64,000 nucleotides of DNA from a virus. Lineage: Duplodnaviria; Caudoviricetes. The notes beneath the pieces are model-generated. The model ran no database searches. It saw nothing but the letters and a program-made list of their open reading frames with translations, and was not told the origin of the DNA. Of the stretch, positions 44,677 to 54,783 are shown piece after piece. Within the stretch, counting starts at the first letter, position 1; each line of letters begins with the position of its first letter. The stretch lies in the IMG/VR virus record IMGVR_UViG_2595698834_000001, positions 32,001-96,000 of that record. One strand, given 5' to 3'. The position numbers and the translations under genes were made by a program.

Positions 44677-47600
44677 TTAAGACTTTTTCTTACCTATTTC
44701 TTTTACGTCAAACTTCTCTTCTAGGAAAATCTTTTTACGTTCCTTACTATGGTTTAGTAAGTACTGGTTAGTCTGATCTTTGAAGTCGAAGACCATAACG
44801 CTGTTACCGTCAATGCCATTTAGTCGTAGTCCTCGCCCGATACGTTGGAGCTGCTGTCGCATGGATTTACCTCCAGCTGCTAGAATCATACAGCCAATAC
44901 TCTTCATGTCTACACCTTCGTCAATGATAGTAGACGCAATCAAGATAGGAAGCTCCCCTTGCGAAAATCGGTGTAGCTGATTTGTTCTATGGTCCGCCTC
45001 TGAGCCTCCGTTAATGAACTCCACCTCTTGATCATGGGCACGCAATAACTCGAGAATAGTTTCTCCGTGTTCAATCTCTTTAACACTGATGAGGATTCCA
45101 CCCGGTCGTCTCTTTCTATAGGCTACGGCTAGATCAGCTATGGCTTTGTTCCGGTGCTCATTTTGTACAATGCCTAGCTTGTAGGCTTCCATAAAGTTAT
45201 CTACCAACTCAATATTTCTCGGTTGCGTGATAGGGAGGATGCGAATTGTTGGTTTCGATGAAATACCTTTATTAATCAAGAAATCATTAGATACCTTTGA
45301 TATAACTCGGTCAAACACAGCCTGTAGTCTTTGATACCCCATCTTATCTTTCTTGTCGACAGTACCGGTTAATCCTACTCGGTAAATGGCGTTATCACAA
45401 AGAGATAATGACTCGTACCATGTCGTTGCTTTGGAGTGATGAACCTCATCCGCTATCATTACTTTGATTGACTCGAGGAACTCCAAGGTCTCCTTGTATT
45501 TCTTATACTTTTTATCGTTTTTCTTCTCCATGATTTTTTCAAACTCTACTATGTATTTATTCAGGTGCATTTGAGCTGATTTATCTGTAAACTTTTTGTC
45601 ATATGCGACGTATGTAAGATGTGTTTCAATGTCCTGCCAAATTTTTGTTGTTTGGCTGTTATTTTTTATGTAGTTTCGGATAAGCTGCCGAGTATTTTGA
45701 GTGTTCTTAAACTTAGGTACAATATCCTCGGCAATTGTCTTTATTACTCGATCCTTATGAGAGAACTTAACTCCCTTCTTAGGGTCTTTCAGTGCCGACA
45801 CTAGAGTAGGAACCATAACAAACACTATCTGCTTTCGTTTGATATCGAACTTCCCGTCACCTATAAATCCGATATCTTTTAGTCTAATGTTTAGACGTTT
45901 ACAGATACGTTCGGCTGAATGGGCAAATATTTCCTTACTGTGTGTAAAGAAAGCGATGCGCTCTCCTCTCTCAAGATACGGAAGTACTTGCTGCATGACT
46001 CCGGAGGCTACTTCCGTGTTATGGTTGATAATTCCATCCGCAATAAAACTATGTGTCTGCGGCATAGCCACGTCAAACGTAGGCTGTTTACCTAGAGATT
46101 GAACTTCCGTAACTCGTTCGTAAACAAATCTAGGTGAAGTGATCTCTAAAATTGTTTCGTACATATCATTTCGTGTAGAGTTTGGATGTTCCATAACAAA
46201 ACTTCTTAGCCTTTCTTTAGATACTGAGGTAGGTACAAAAAATCTAGGTTTTTTGCCTTTTATCGTTTTGATATACGCTTCGGTTAGTTCCTTACCGAAC
46301 GGGACAGTCTGTTTACTGCTTACAGTTCCTCTCCCTTCAGTTGCTTTGAAAAACTCGTCTAATTGCTTGGATCTTTGAGAAGATGTGAAGTCTAGGCGTT
46401 TTAGTAGATGCTTAGAATCTCGGACACCCAATGAAAGAACATAGTAGTTGTTTTGTTCATACCCTTTTACTTTTTTCGATGCAACTGTTGGAGTATATCC
46501 AAAATTTCTTAACATTAAGCTTATTTGCTGAACCAAAGTGTGGGAAGCACTTGTTACATCTAAGTTCCCTTTACTTTTAGTTATGCTGCATTCTGACTCG
46601 AGGTAGCCCGAGAGGAATGCCAATTGAATCTCAGAAGGAGCTTGTAAAATACAACTCGGAACATGCTTATCTTTTGCTACTCCGTATTTGATTTTAAATT
46701 TGTCGTGCCACGCTTTAGTTGATTTCCTATTATGCATTCTAACCTGTTCTGCACCTTGTTGTTTATTGTTTTCGTATAGAGTAGGCTGTTCTTTATCCTG
46801 AATTGCTAGTAGATACTTCTTTACTCGTTCCATAACTTCCGGCTTATTTGAAGTAAAGTCAATACGATCATTACTGCCTAAGTACCCGTCAGCTATGATA
46901 GCGCCTATGGCATAAGCTTCTTGGCAGTTCACGAGATTGTTGTTCCCGAAAACTTCGTCTCCAATAGACCCTACGAGATAGTCTCCGATGCCGATATTTC
47001 CTGCTTTTTTCCATTCAAACTTTCCGGAAGGAGATACAACTAGAAGAGGGTGATTGCGGGTTACTCGGTTTACTGTACCTCTATGTCCTTTAATCTCTAT
47101 GAGGTCTCTGACACCATTAAATGTTAAATGGCTCGGTGTCTCCAGTTCTCCATATCTGTTTACTAGGGAAATGTCTCCAAAGTAATCGACGACTCTCTCC
47201 TCTGCGCTTAGCTGGTGACCTGCTGCATTGAAAAATTCTTCAACCGTCATTAGTCCTTCAGATGTCATCAAAAATGAGCTCGGATGAAGACATTTTCCTC
47301 CGTTTGTAGCGATGTTTACAATTCCTACTTGTTCTTGAAACACCTTTTTGACTGCATCGTACTGATAGTCCCGAAGTGTGATAGGCGTTTCATCTCCATT
47401 GCCTAGAATGATCTCTTCGTCAATCGCTTCAGCGTTTAACATGGGACTCGGTCTTTCATCTATAATTTCGTATTCGACTGAAAGGTCCTTCTCCTGAAGT
47501 GCTCGTAGTCCTTCTAGGAATTGATCAATCAGACCCGTGTGAAACTTGTCCTCTTTGAAGTCATAAAAGTCTGTAATCCCATCCCAGTGACCATTCATAT

Positions 47601-47733
47601 AAGCTCTAGCATAGTGTACGTTTTCTTCTTTGATTCCAAGAGTTGTATGAGCCATATCATGTACCTTGTCTTTAAGAGAGACCTTACCTTCGAAGTCGAT
47701 ATATGTATACATTGTGTTTATTTTAATTTTCAT
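44677..47733 (-). CDS. SF2 (UvsW-like) DNA helicase precursor containing an intein
   Basis: LRDYQ, ATNGGK|T, DEVHH, LTGT, EGVD and QRIGRGLR; 593 aa after splicing. Confidence 0.93.
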   Translation of the reverse strand: MKIKINTMYTYIDFEGKVSLKDKVHDMAHTTLGIKEENVHYARAYMNGHWDGITDFYDFKEDKFHTGLIDQFLEGLRALQEKDLSVEYEIIDERPSPMLNAEAIDEEIILGNGDETPITLRDYQYDAVKKVFQEQVGIVNIATNGGKCLHPSSFLMTSEGLMTVEEFFNAAGHQLSAEERVVDYFGDISLVNRYGELETPSHLTFNGVRDLIEIKGHRGTVNRVTRNHPLLVVSPSGKFEWKKAGNIGIGDYLVGSIGDEVFGNNNLVNCQEAYAIGAIIADGYLGSNDRIDFTSNKPEVMERVKKYLLAIQDKEQPTLYENNKQQGAEQVRMHNRKSTKAWHDKFKIKYGVAKDKHVPSCILQAPSEIQLAFLSGYLESECSITKSKGNLDVTSASHTLVQQISLMLRNFGYTPTVASKKVKGYEQNNYYVLSLGVRDSKHLLKRLDFTSSQRSKQLDEFFKATEGRGTVSSKQTVPFGKELTEAYIKTIKGKKPRFFVPTSVSKERLRSFVMEHPNSTRNDMYETILEITSPRFVYERVTEVQSLGKQPTFDVAMPQTHSFIADGIINHNTEVASGVMQQVLPYLERGERIAFFTHSKEIFAHSAERICKRLNIRLKDIGFIGDGKFDIKRKQIVFVMVPTLVSALKDPKKGVKFSHKDRVIKTIAEDIVPKFKNTQNTRQLIRNYIKNNSQTTKIWQDIETHLTYVAYDKKFTDKSAQMHLNKYIVEFEKIMEKKNDKKYKKYKETLEFLESIKVMIADEVHHSKATTWYESLSLCDNAIYRVGLTGTVDKKDKMGYQRLQAVFDRVISKVSNDFLINKGISSKPTIRILPITQPRNIELVDNFMEAYKLGIVQNEHRNKAIADLAVAYRKRRPGGILISVKEIEHGETILELLRAHDQEVEFINGGSEADHRTNQLHRFSQGELPILIASTIIDEGVDMKSIGCMILAAGGKSMRQQLQRIGRGLRLNGIDGNSVMVFDFKDQTNQYLLNHSKERKKIFLEEKFDVKEIGKKKS
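46018..47292 (-). mobile_element. intein (425 aa) with LAGLIDADG homing endonuclease, inserted in Walker A
   Basis: Starts CLHP, has block B TRNHPLL, IGAIIADG and FLSGYLESEC, and ends FDV..THSFIADGIINHN before +1 Thr. Confidence 0.95.
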
Positions 47734-47770
47734 TTATCCAGCTTCCTCCTAGATTTTAGTCTGTAACTTC

Positions 47771-47799
47771 ATTATACCATATAACCTGTCCGGATTTCA
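47771..47799 (-). promoter_or_regulatory. sigmaA-like promoter for the replication module
   Basis: TTGAAA-17 bp-TATAAT with an extended -10 TG. Confidence 0.75.
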
Positions 47800-47968
47800 A
47801 CCGAAAATAGCATATTTTAAATCCTTTTACACCAATAGTTACAGCTTGTTTTTGTCATATACTTGTCTTATTTTAATTTTATAGTGTCCGTATTATATAT
47901 TTATTTATATAATTTATATAAAATATATAAAGATAAATAATACCGAGCCTGTAAAAGGAAAATGAGAC

Positions 47969-47999
47969 AAAAAAAGATACCCAAGTGTCAGGTATCTTT
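47969..47999 (-). terminator. intrinsic terminator ending the tail operon
   Basis: AAAGATACC-loop-GGTATCTTT hairpin followed by a U tract. Confidence 0.8.
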
Positions 48000-48161
48000 G
48001 TTGTCCATCTTTTCAATCAGTTTATTTAATTTATTTTCTAATTTTGTAACCTCTTCCAACTTAGCATCGAGGAGCCTTTGGGATTGAACCAAAGACCTTT
48101 CTCGAGGGGTTGGTACAAACAACCTAGCTTTTGAAACAGGATCACGTCTTTCTAAAGGCAT
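47988..48161 (-). CDS. small protein (57 aa) after the adsorption protein
   Basis: AGGAGG RBS; MPLERRDPVSKARLFVPT...coiled coil. Confidence 0.75.
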   Translation of the reverse strand: MPLERRDPVSKARLFVPTPRERSLVQSQRLLDAKLEEVTKLENKLNKLIEKMDNKDT

Positions 48162-48184
48162 ATAAGCTCCTCCTAGACTTATTC

Positions 48185-51100
48185 TTATGCTTCGTCCTTA
48201 AATACAGCAGTCAGACGTCGAACTCTAGGTCTAACGAATCGGTTATCCGCTCGTAACTCCAGTTTCAACTTAAGCCGCTTGTTAACTGCGGTGCTAGAGA
48301 CCAGTTGAGCGTATTTGTATCGACTGAATTCTGCTGATTGGCGGGTAGATGTTGGGTTGTTCGTGAAAGTCTTCCACGTTTGTCCCCCATCTGTTGAGTA
48401 CTTAGGTGTTACTTTTGTTCCTGCTGGCAGTGCAGCGTCAAATTCCACAGTCAGCCTGTTATACGGGGCATCTGTAGAGTCAATGTTTAGTGATACATAA
48501 TCTCCTGATGTTGCGGACACAAAGCTTACAAAGGACAAGTCATCAAGAGTCAGCATAGGAGAAATGTATCGGTTAGACTTAAAGCGTGCTCTAAGTTTAA
48601 CAAGTCCTATAACCGTGGCTGTCTCCTGCTCAATGTAGTTAGCAAGCGGCTGCCATGGTATACTATCTATTGAAACAGAACCTACATCAGCTTTAGCTAC
48701 AGCTTTGATCTCCCAAATACATCCTGTGTTTGCAGGTGTAAGGTAAGTAGCCATTAACAATAACATGTCAGAGTCTAGGTCTTCCATAACGTTAAACTCA
48801 ACAATAGCTTCCTCTTGGAACTGGGCAGTGTAGACATTGAACTTCATGTCAGACTCTTGGTGAACAGTCCAAGTACGTGCGTTTGAAGAACTGAATAGTA
48901 CGCCGTTTACGTACGGTTGAGAAACTACACGATTAGCTGGGTTGTTGATATGTGTTTGACCTAGTGTTGCGATCCATGCTGTGTAGTCGTTACTATCTGT
49001 AATAAGTACCAAACAGAAACTTTGACCTGCTTTACACATTAACGGATCATCTAGTGCTACCTTAGTTGCTACAGTACCGTTTGCAGATACTTTGACATCA
49101 GCTGGAGTCAGGATTCTTTCGGCATATACAGTTTGGTTAGGGAACCCTCCATCTGATAAACCTCGGACTTGCACGATCAAGTTATCTGTGGTAGACTTAG
49201 AAGCCATAAAGATATCGAAACTAGTTACAACTCGGTCTTGTGGGAATACGAAAGATTGTGCTAGTGGGTCGTATAAGTTGACTGTAACTCGAGTTTTTGT
49301 GATAACTTCTTCAGTTGTCTTTAAAGTACCTTGAGCCGTGAATGTAGCAATAGCCATGTTAGTGCTATTCATTAACGAAACTTCACGTATACCAGTTCTG
49401 ATACCAGCCGGTATTTTGAACTTACCGCTCGCTCTTCCGTTAGCATCCGAACGAATTGTACCTGCCTCTGACCCTGCAACTGTTGATCCTGTCGGAGTAA
49501 TCGGAATCCGTACACCATCAAAGGATAGATAAAGGTTGTTAGAGTTCTTTTGCAAGTTTTCCGCAGCAAAGGCTACCTCAATCTGTCTCATGTACTCGAT
49601 AGCAGATGAACGAACTGTTGAAGCTACATCTGTCAGAGTACCAGTACGACCATTCTTTTTATCATAGTCAAGACTTTGTCCCATGTCCCATTGTTGGTTA
49701 CCGTCTAAGTCAAGGTTGTTTACAATGTCTCTTAGGCTCTTGTCTTTTGTAGTGGTACGGTTATGTCTCCACCATCTGTCGACTCGGATTGTCTTAGCGT
49801 CCTCTTTGTTAACTGTGATTTTTTCTTTCTCAATCCAGTTATCTGCTGAAGGAGTTAACTTAAGTACGCCTAGCTTGTTGTAAACTGCGTACGGGTTAAC
49901 GTTCATCGCTTCAGTTGCGAATGGTTGTGAAATTTCCTTGATCTCTGTGTAAGGTGCTGTGACTAGACGTCCCCAGCTCTTAGCTACAGATGACCCAGCA
50001 GCGAACTCAGGAGCTCTTACTTGATCGTCAGGAGCATCTACCATAAGCGTGATACTTGCGTCGTCGAAGCTTACTGCGACCGTAGAGGCATTCAGGTCCA
50101 TACGAGTAAAGTCTACGAAACCGTCTGCAAAAACTCCTCGAAGGTTTAGAGGGTCATCAGTTATGATTGACTGGTTCTCTAACGCTTGAATTGCTTGGTT
50201 ATACTCTACGTTTTCTAAGCGATCTTTCATGTTTACGACTTGAGCCATTGTTAGACGAACAATTCCGTCATTTTGAGCTTCTCCCATATCCGCATTCGGG
50301 TAAACGAAGGCTGTGCCGATTTTAAGAGTTAACGGGTCTTCGTGTACTGGTGGAACTGCGATCTCTCTACGATCCGGCTGCCCTTCGATAACAGTAAAGT
50401 TTCCTTTGCTATCTAGCGTGATAATGTCTACACGAGCAAGGTAGTAGTCGTAGCTAACTCGGATGATTCCTTTGTCTTTTGGCTTAAGGCCTGTCATTCC
50501 GTTGAAGTCAATTTCTGTGTTCCACCCAGCGTCTCCTTCGATAGGAGTAGTCGTTACTTTGTAGTCAACGCCTTGTTGCATGATGCGGTCGTAGTCAAAT
50601 GTCATATTGTAGGATGTACCTGTTGCAGGCTCCTTACCATTAAGTCCTGTATTCCAGTTAACGTATTGAACGCCACTGTCTTCGATGATTGTGAAGTCGG
50701 TTCCATATGTAAAGAACTGCTCAGGGGAAGTTGTCCATACTACAACCGTGTCAGAAATTAAGCTTGTGTACTGACCCGGGAGTGCGTCTCTACCATCTTG
50801 GGCACCTTTAGAAACTTGAATGCCGCCTGCCGGAGATTGTGTTCTTGCAATGACTTGTTTAACTTCTTTAACTGACGTACTGCCTATGCGGTTCTTGCGA
50901 ACTGCTGTATCATATGAATGTGTTTCTTGAGCAACATTTTTGAAGTCTGTAGATTTTCTCAAAGGAATACGTGTTGACTGGGCTTTGTTAATTCGGTAGC
51001 CTAGTACATAAGCAACACCACGGTCAACAATTAAGTCAACTAGGGTGTTATCTTGGCTTTTCTCTACCCACATTGAGAAGCCTTCTACTTGATACGAACC

Positions 51101-51670
51101 TTGCTCTTCGTATGTACGCTGTGCGAGAACATCGTTAATTTTTGAATACTCAGGTCGATCCGGCTGAACGAATAACACACCATCGTTAAACTCGTAAATT
51201 GTTGGAGATTCTTCATCGTTGTTTGTTAGAACTACAACCTCTTCCAATCGGTCAGCTCCCGGTGAAAGATAACTGTCGACTCCCTGTGTTTGATCTAGTA
51301 GGGTAGGGTCTAATTGGTAGTCAATAACCTTCTGATCTATCTTTACGCCGATCTTCTCTACACCTTCACCTGTAAATGGAATAGTTTGCTTATCGAAAGC
51401 TCGTACTTTCCCTGCCAAGTAAACAGTTCCATTCTCAACAGTGATAGTTCCTTCTTCCTCGTTTACAGAGAAGGACATTCCAGTTTGCATATCTCCATCC
51501 GCAAAAATAGTATCCCCTAATGTTCGGATACTGTGGGCTGCAATGGACTGCAACTCGTTAAGCTCAGCTTGTTGCAACGGTCTGTCCGGGCGGAAAAGAA
51601 CTCGTGTACGGTTACTTTTTGGATCAAACCTGTCGTTATATGGTGATTGGTTTAAATTAATATCTGCCAA
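48185..51670 (-). CDS. adsorption-associated tail/baseplate protein (DUF4815/VrlC-like)
   Basis: SPYNDRFD..VLFRPDRPLQQAELNELQS, PGADRL, LAQRTYEEQGSY, FADGF and DPLAQSF. Confidence 0.88.
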   Translation of the reverse strand: MADINLNQSPYNDRFDPKSNRTRVLFRPDRPLQQAELNELQSIAAHSIRTLGDTIFADGDMQTGMSFSVNEEEGTITVENGTVYLAGKVRAFDKQTIPFTGEGVEKIGVKIDQKVIDYQLDPTLLDQTQGVDSYLSPGADRLEEVVVLTNNDEESPTIYEFNDGVLFVQPDRPEYSKINDVLAQRTYEEQGSYQVEGFSMWVEKSQDNTLVDLIVDRGVAYVLGYRINKAQSTRIPLRKSTDFKNVAQETHSYDTAVRKNRIGSTSVKEVKQVIARTQSPAGGIQVSKGAQDGRDALPGQYTSLISDTVVVWTTSPEQFFTYGTDFTIIEDSGVQYVNWNTGLNGKEPATGTSYNMTFDYDRIMQQGVDYKVTTTPIEGDAGWNTEIDFNGMTGLKPKDKGIIRVSYDYYLARVDIITLDSKGNFTVIEGQPDRREIAVPPVHEDPLTLKIGTAFVYPNADMGEAQNDGIVRLTMAQVVNMKDRLENVEYNQAIQALENQSIITDDPLNLRGVFADGFVDFTRMDLNASTVAVSFDDASITLMVDAPDDQVRAPEFAAGSSVAKSWGRLVTAPYTEIKEISQPFATEAMNVNPYAVYNKLGVLKLTPSADNWIEKEKITVNKEDAKTIRVDRWWRHNRTTTKDKSLRDIVNNLDLDGNQQWDMGQSLDYDKKNGRTGTLTDVASTVRSSAIEYMRQIEVAFAAENLQKNSNNLYLSFDGVRIPITPTGSTVAGSEAGTIRSDANGRASGKFKIPAGIRTGIREVSLMNSTNMAIATFTAQGTLKTTEEVITKTRVTVNLYDPLAQSFVFPQDRVVTSFDIFMASKSTTDNLIVQVRGLSDGGFPNQTVYAERILTPADVKVSANGTVATKVALDDPLMCKAGQSFCLVLITDSNDYTAWIATLGQTHINNPANRVVSQPYVNGVLFSSSNARTWTVHQESDMKFNVYTAQFQEEAIVEFNVMEDLDSDMLLLMATYLTPANTGCIWEIKAVAKADVGSVSIDSIPWQPLANYIEQETATVIGLVKLRARFKSNRYISPMLTLDDLSFVSFVSATSGDYVSLNIDSTDAPYNRLTVEFDAALPAGTKVTPKYSTDGGQTWKTFTNNPTSTRQSAEFSRYKYAQLVSSTAVNKRLKLKLELRADNRFVRPRVRRLTAVFKDEA

Positions 51671-51684
51671 GTTTACTCACTCCT

Positions 51685-52224
51685 TTATAGTACAACTATG
51701 AACTGCTCTAATGAGTACAAGTTGCTAGTTAAGTTGTACGCTTTTCTATTTTCATAAAATCTAAGTGTACCAACATCTGTTACCTCGGACGGCAGCAGAT
51801 TTTGTTTTGTAAGTCCATTCTTTGGTACCAAATCTACGTGAATACCAACTTGTCTGTATTCTCCATTAGGAAACTCTTCAGGTTGTATTTCAGCTTCTAT
51901 GTATACCCATCTAGCTTTTTCTTCGTATGCTTTACTAACAGGCACTAGCGCCCACTTCTGATCTCGGTAACTAACTACCGGATATTCTACGTCTTCCTCA
52001 TTTTCTCCGTTAGCTAAAGGACGAGCTAGGGAAAAATTCTTTACTTTTTTATATCCAATAACTTCTTGGACTGTTTCAACGTCCGCAATTTCTTCAGGCG
52101 GGTTTTCTTCGTCTGTCCAAGCAGTAGATTTTCCGATTACAAGGTACGCACTCTCATATTTTGCTTGTAGCTGAATTGCGTCAGCGATGTGCGATTTAGT
52201 AGTCGAGATAGCCATTAAATTCAC
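51685..52224 (-). CDS. baseplate protein
   Basis: IGKSTAWTDEENPP..VIGYKK..ARWVY..YRQVG; position in the baseplate module. Confidence 0.8.
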   Translation of the reverse strand: MNLMAISTTKSHIADAIQLQAKYESAYLVIGKSTAWTDEENPPEEIADVETVQEVIGYKKVKNFSLARPLANGENEEDVEYPVVSYRDQKWALVPVSKAYEEKARWVYIEAEIQPEEFPNGEYRQVGIHVDLVPKNGLTKQNLLPSEVTDVGTLRFYENRKAYNLTSNLYSLEQFIVVL

Positions 52225-52249
52225 CCTCTCTATTCAACGTGTCTATAGA

Positions 52250-52259
52250 TAATATAGCA
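52250..52259 (-). promoter_or_regulatory. putative late promoter -10 element TGCTATATTA
   Basis: One-mismatch variant of TGTTATATTA, upstream of a structural gene and after a terminator. Confidence 0.55.
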
Positions 52260-52294
52260 GTATCTTGTCTCATAAATTAATTATACCACATAAG

Positions 52295-52322
52295 AAAAAA
52301 GAGCCACGCTTTGCGGCTCTTA
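52295..52322 (-). terminator. intrinsic terminator
   Basis: AAGAGCC-loop-GGCTCTT hairpin followed by a U tract. Confidence 0.75.
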
Positions 52323-53708
52323 CTCGATCTCTTTTAAGGTGCCAGTATTGGTTACTTCCTGTACGCCTATTTTGATCGTCGGTCTAATTGCTACTTCTTT
52401 ACTAAAGCTTAGTTCAAAGAAGTGCAGGTGTGCCTCATAGTCGGACATCTCTTCATTAGGTTCGAATAGGATTCGAGAGAATACAAGATATTTCTCAGAC
52501 AAATAGTTAGAAAAGTCTGCTATTTTCACTTTGTTTCCTTTTTGCCTGAACACAGCTTGGCTCTCGTCTACAGTCGCCCATTCACCTGTCTCGAAGTTGA
52601 ATAGCTGTATTTTAAAGTCTGTAGGTTCTGTTGGTGATACTGCTGCTTTCAAATTGTACAGGATCGCTGTGTTATCCATTAGCGATAAGTATGTATTTTT
52701 TGTATAATTCCCGCTTGGCTCTACCTCACGCAGGTATGCGCTGTAGCGAAGATCGAAGAACGTTCCAACGTCTAATGTAAAGTACATATAGCTTTCTTGG
52801 TCTGCTGGAAGAAGCTGACTAGCGTACTGGTCTGAAGTGTCTCCGGTCTTAGCGTAGAAGTCAGGGGACATCTCTGTTGTACTATTTTGTACATCTGTCA
52901 AGGAAGTCGCTTCTGTGATCTCTATGCTGTCGGTCGAGAACGATGCTAGGTTAAATGCCGGGTTTGTGACTGACCTTGCTCCGGCTAGCTTGTCTAACGA
53001 GTTTAGCTTCGACTTGTTCAAGATGAATATTCCTTGATCGTCTCCATCTGCTCTTGACCGTGTTGTCAAGTTTAGATGTCCTCGAATACGGTCGTTCATA
53101 CCGTTCATTGTTCTCAATCGTGTAGAAGTCTCTACAAGGCTCACTCCTGCTTCGATAACAGGTGCATTAGGGTTATGGGAGCCGGAACGATAAGTAAGCC
53201 TTACAGTGACCCCTGCGGGCTTAAATTCGTTGATTAGATCAATGATGCCCGGAGGGAAGGGTCGAGATATACGAATGTCGATAACTGCTACAGTGTAATA
53301 GTGACCTAGAAAATGGTCGGGACCATTTAGTTTGGACTTATTGAGGATGAACACATTTTTGTATGGCTCGTAAATCTCAATATGAGAATCATAGTCGTTG
53401 AGAAACTCACGAATAGCTGCAATAATAGCAGGTATTGTTCCTCTCCGTAGCAACACGTAATTAATGATACGCTGCCTGTAAGGATCATCTAGCTCATTAT
53501 CTCTCCTTAGAACTCCGAAGAGCTTTCCATAGTAGTCTAACCATTCCTCAGTTGCAGTGTCTAAGGCTAATAAAAGTTTTCCTTTTATAGCCTCTCTCTC
53601 TGTATCCTTTAGTTCCTGTTCGATAGCGTTTAGAATGGCTCCGTTAGCAGTCGTCTTATTCTGTAAACTGATCTTCCAAGCAGGCAGTAAATGTTTTAAA
53701 AATGACAT
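52320..53708 (-). CDS. baseplate/tail morphogenetic protein
   Basis: LDTATEEWLDYYGKLFGV.R..E.D..YRQRI and FKPAGV (P2 gpI-like); follows baseplate J. Confidence 0.82.
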   Translation of the reverse strand: MSFLKHLLPAWKISLQNKTTANGAILNAIEQELKDTEREAIKGKLLLALDTATEEWLDYYGKLFGVLRRDNELDDPYRQRIINYVLLRRGTIPAIIAAIREFLNDYDSHIEIYEPYKNVFILNKSKLNGPDHFLGHYYTVAVIDIRISRPFPPGIIDLINEFKPAGVTVRLTYRSGSHNPNAPVIEAGVSLVETSTRLRTMNGMNDRIRGHLNLTTRSRADGDDQGIFILNKSKLNSLDKLAGARSVTNPAFNLASFSTDSIEITEATSLTDVQNSTTEMSPDFYAKTGDTSDQYASQLLPADQESYMYFTLDVGTFFDLRYSAYLREVEPSGNYTKNTYLSLMDNTAILYNLKAAVSPTEPTDFKIQLFNFETGEWATVDESQAVFRQKGNKVKIADFSNYLSEKYLVFSRILFEPNEEMSDYEAHLHFFELSFSKEVAIRPTIKIGVQEVTNTGTLKEIE

Positions 53709-53723
53709 CGGTTATCCTCCTCT

Positions 53724-54770
53724 CTATTTAAGTGTTACTTTTACCTCGCCTGCTCGGATAATTTCCGACCCTTTCAGAACAACATTGCTTTTTAAGTTGT
53801 CAAAGCTGACATCGTAGATAAGCTGTCTGTCTATGTACTTGATTACGCTGGATAGATCGGACAGTACAAGGCTTTGAGATGTTTGCATGTTGTTTAGGTA
53901 CCTAGTAATTTCTGTTGTAATCTTTTGGTTGAAGGCGCTTGTGATTCCTGCTTTGTTATTCAGTGTGACAGTCACACTCACGTCTACATTCTTTTTCTCT
54001 ACTGGAAGAACTCTTACTTGTATGCCAGCAGGTCTGTAGTCTTCAAGTGTATTAAGAATTTTTTCTTTCACATCATCCGGAAGATTTCCGTTTCGATCAT
54101 GGGCGTAAATGTTAACTCGACCTGTCTCTTCCTCGATCCAAACCCCGGCGACTTCCGTGACTGTTCGTGTGCCGTACTCTAAAGCAGGTACTGTAGCTCG
54201 GCTAAGTGCAGTAATAAAGGCGTTAAATCTTGAGCGCTGTTCTTCTAGAGGTTCTTGATCCTGACCTGTTTGGAAAGCTGCGGGGTTGTTTACTTCCTTG
54301 ACGTTAGATATAGGAGACTGCATGACGTCAATCACATCTTCAGGAATGTTCCCAGTAGCACCCGGAGATAAGCAATACACTTCAAACTCAGCTAATACTG
54401 ACCCTCTCGGAATCACATAATCAACTCGTGTTTCATATAGCTGCGTGTATTGCGGCATACTCGAGCTGAATCTTGATCCCCTTGAGATAGTGATATCGGT
54501 TTGTGTCGAATTATGGAAGGAAACTTGCACCACTCCATACGCTCTAACTGCCTCTTTACGCTTAAACCCGAAAGCATTGTAGACTCCTTGCTCTACAGCT
54601 TCCAGCATGTTTTCCCGGGTTAACACATAGAACTGTTCCAGTTCAATTGCTATAGACTCATAAATGGCACGCATAGCACTTCCTACAGAGAAGTCGTTAA
54701 CATCGTGTGTGTTGGTAATGGTGTTATCTACAAGCCTTGAATAAATCTCTGACATTCGTTTAAAACGCAT
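53724..54770 (-). CDS. baseplate J-like wedge protein
   Basis: DFSVGS, AFGF.R..A..AYG, G..GNI, TGQDQE and YRPAGI. Confidence 0.9.
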   Translation of the reverse strand: MRFKRMSEIYSRLVDNTITNTHDVNDFSVGSAMRAIYESIAIELEQFYVLTRENMLEAVEQGVYNAFGFKRKEAVRAYGVVQVSFHNSTQTDITISRGSRFSSSMPQYTQLYETRVDYVIPRGSVLAEFEVYCLSPGATGNIPEDVIDVMQSPISNVKEVNNPAAFQTGQDQEPLEEQRSRFNAFITALSRATVPALEYGTRTVTEVAGVWIEEETGRVNIYAHDRNGNLPDDVKEKILNTLEDYRPAGIQVRVLPVEKKNVDVSVTVTLNNKAGITSAFNQKITTEITRYLNNMQTSQSLVLSDLSSVIKYIDRQLIYDVSFDNLKSNVVLKGSEIIRAGEVKVTLK

Positions 54771-54783
54771 ATTGACCCTCCTC

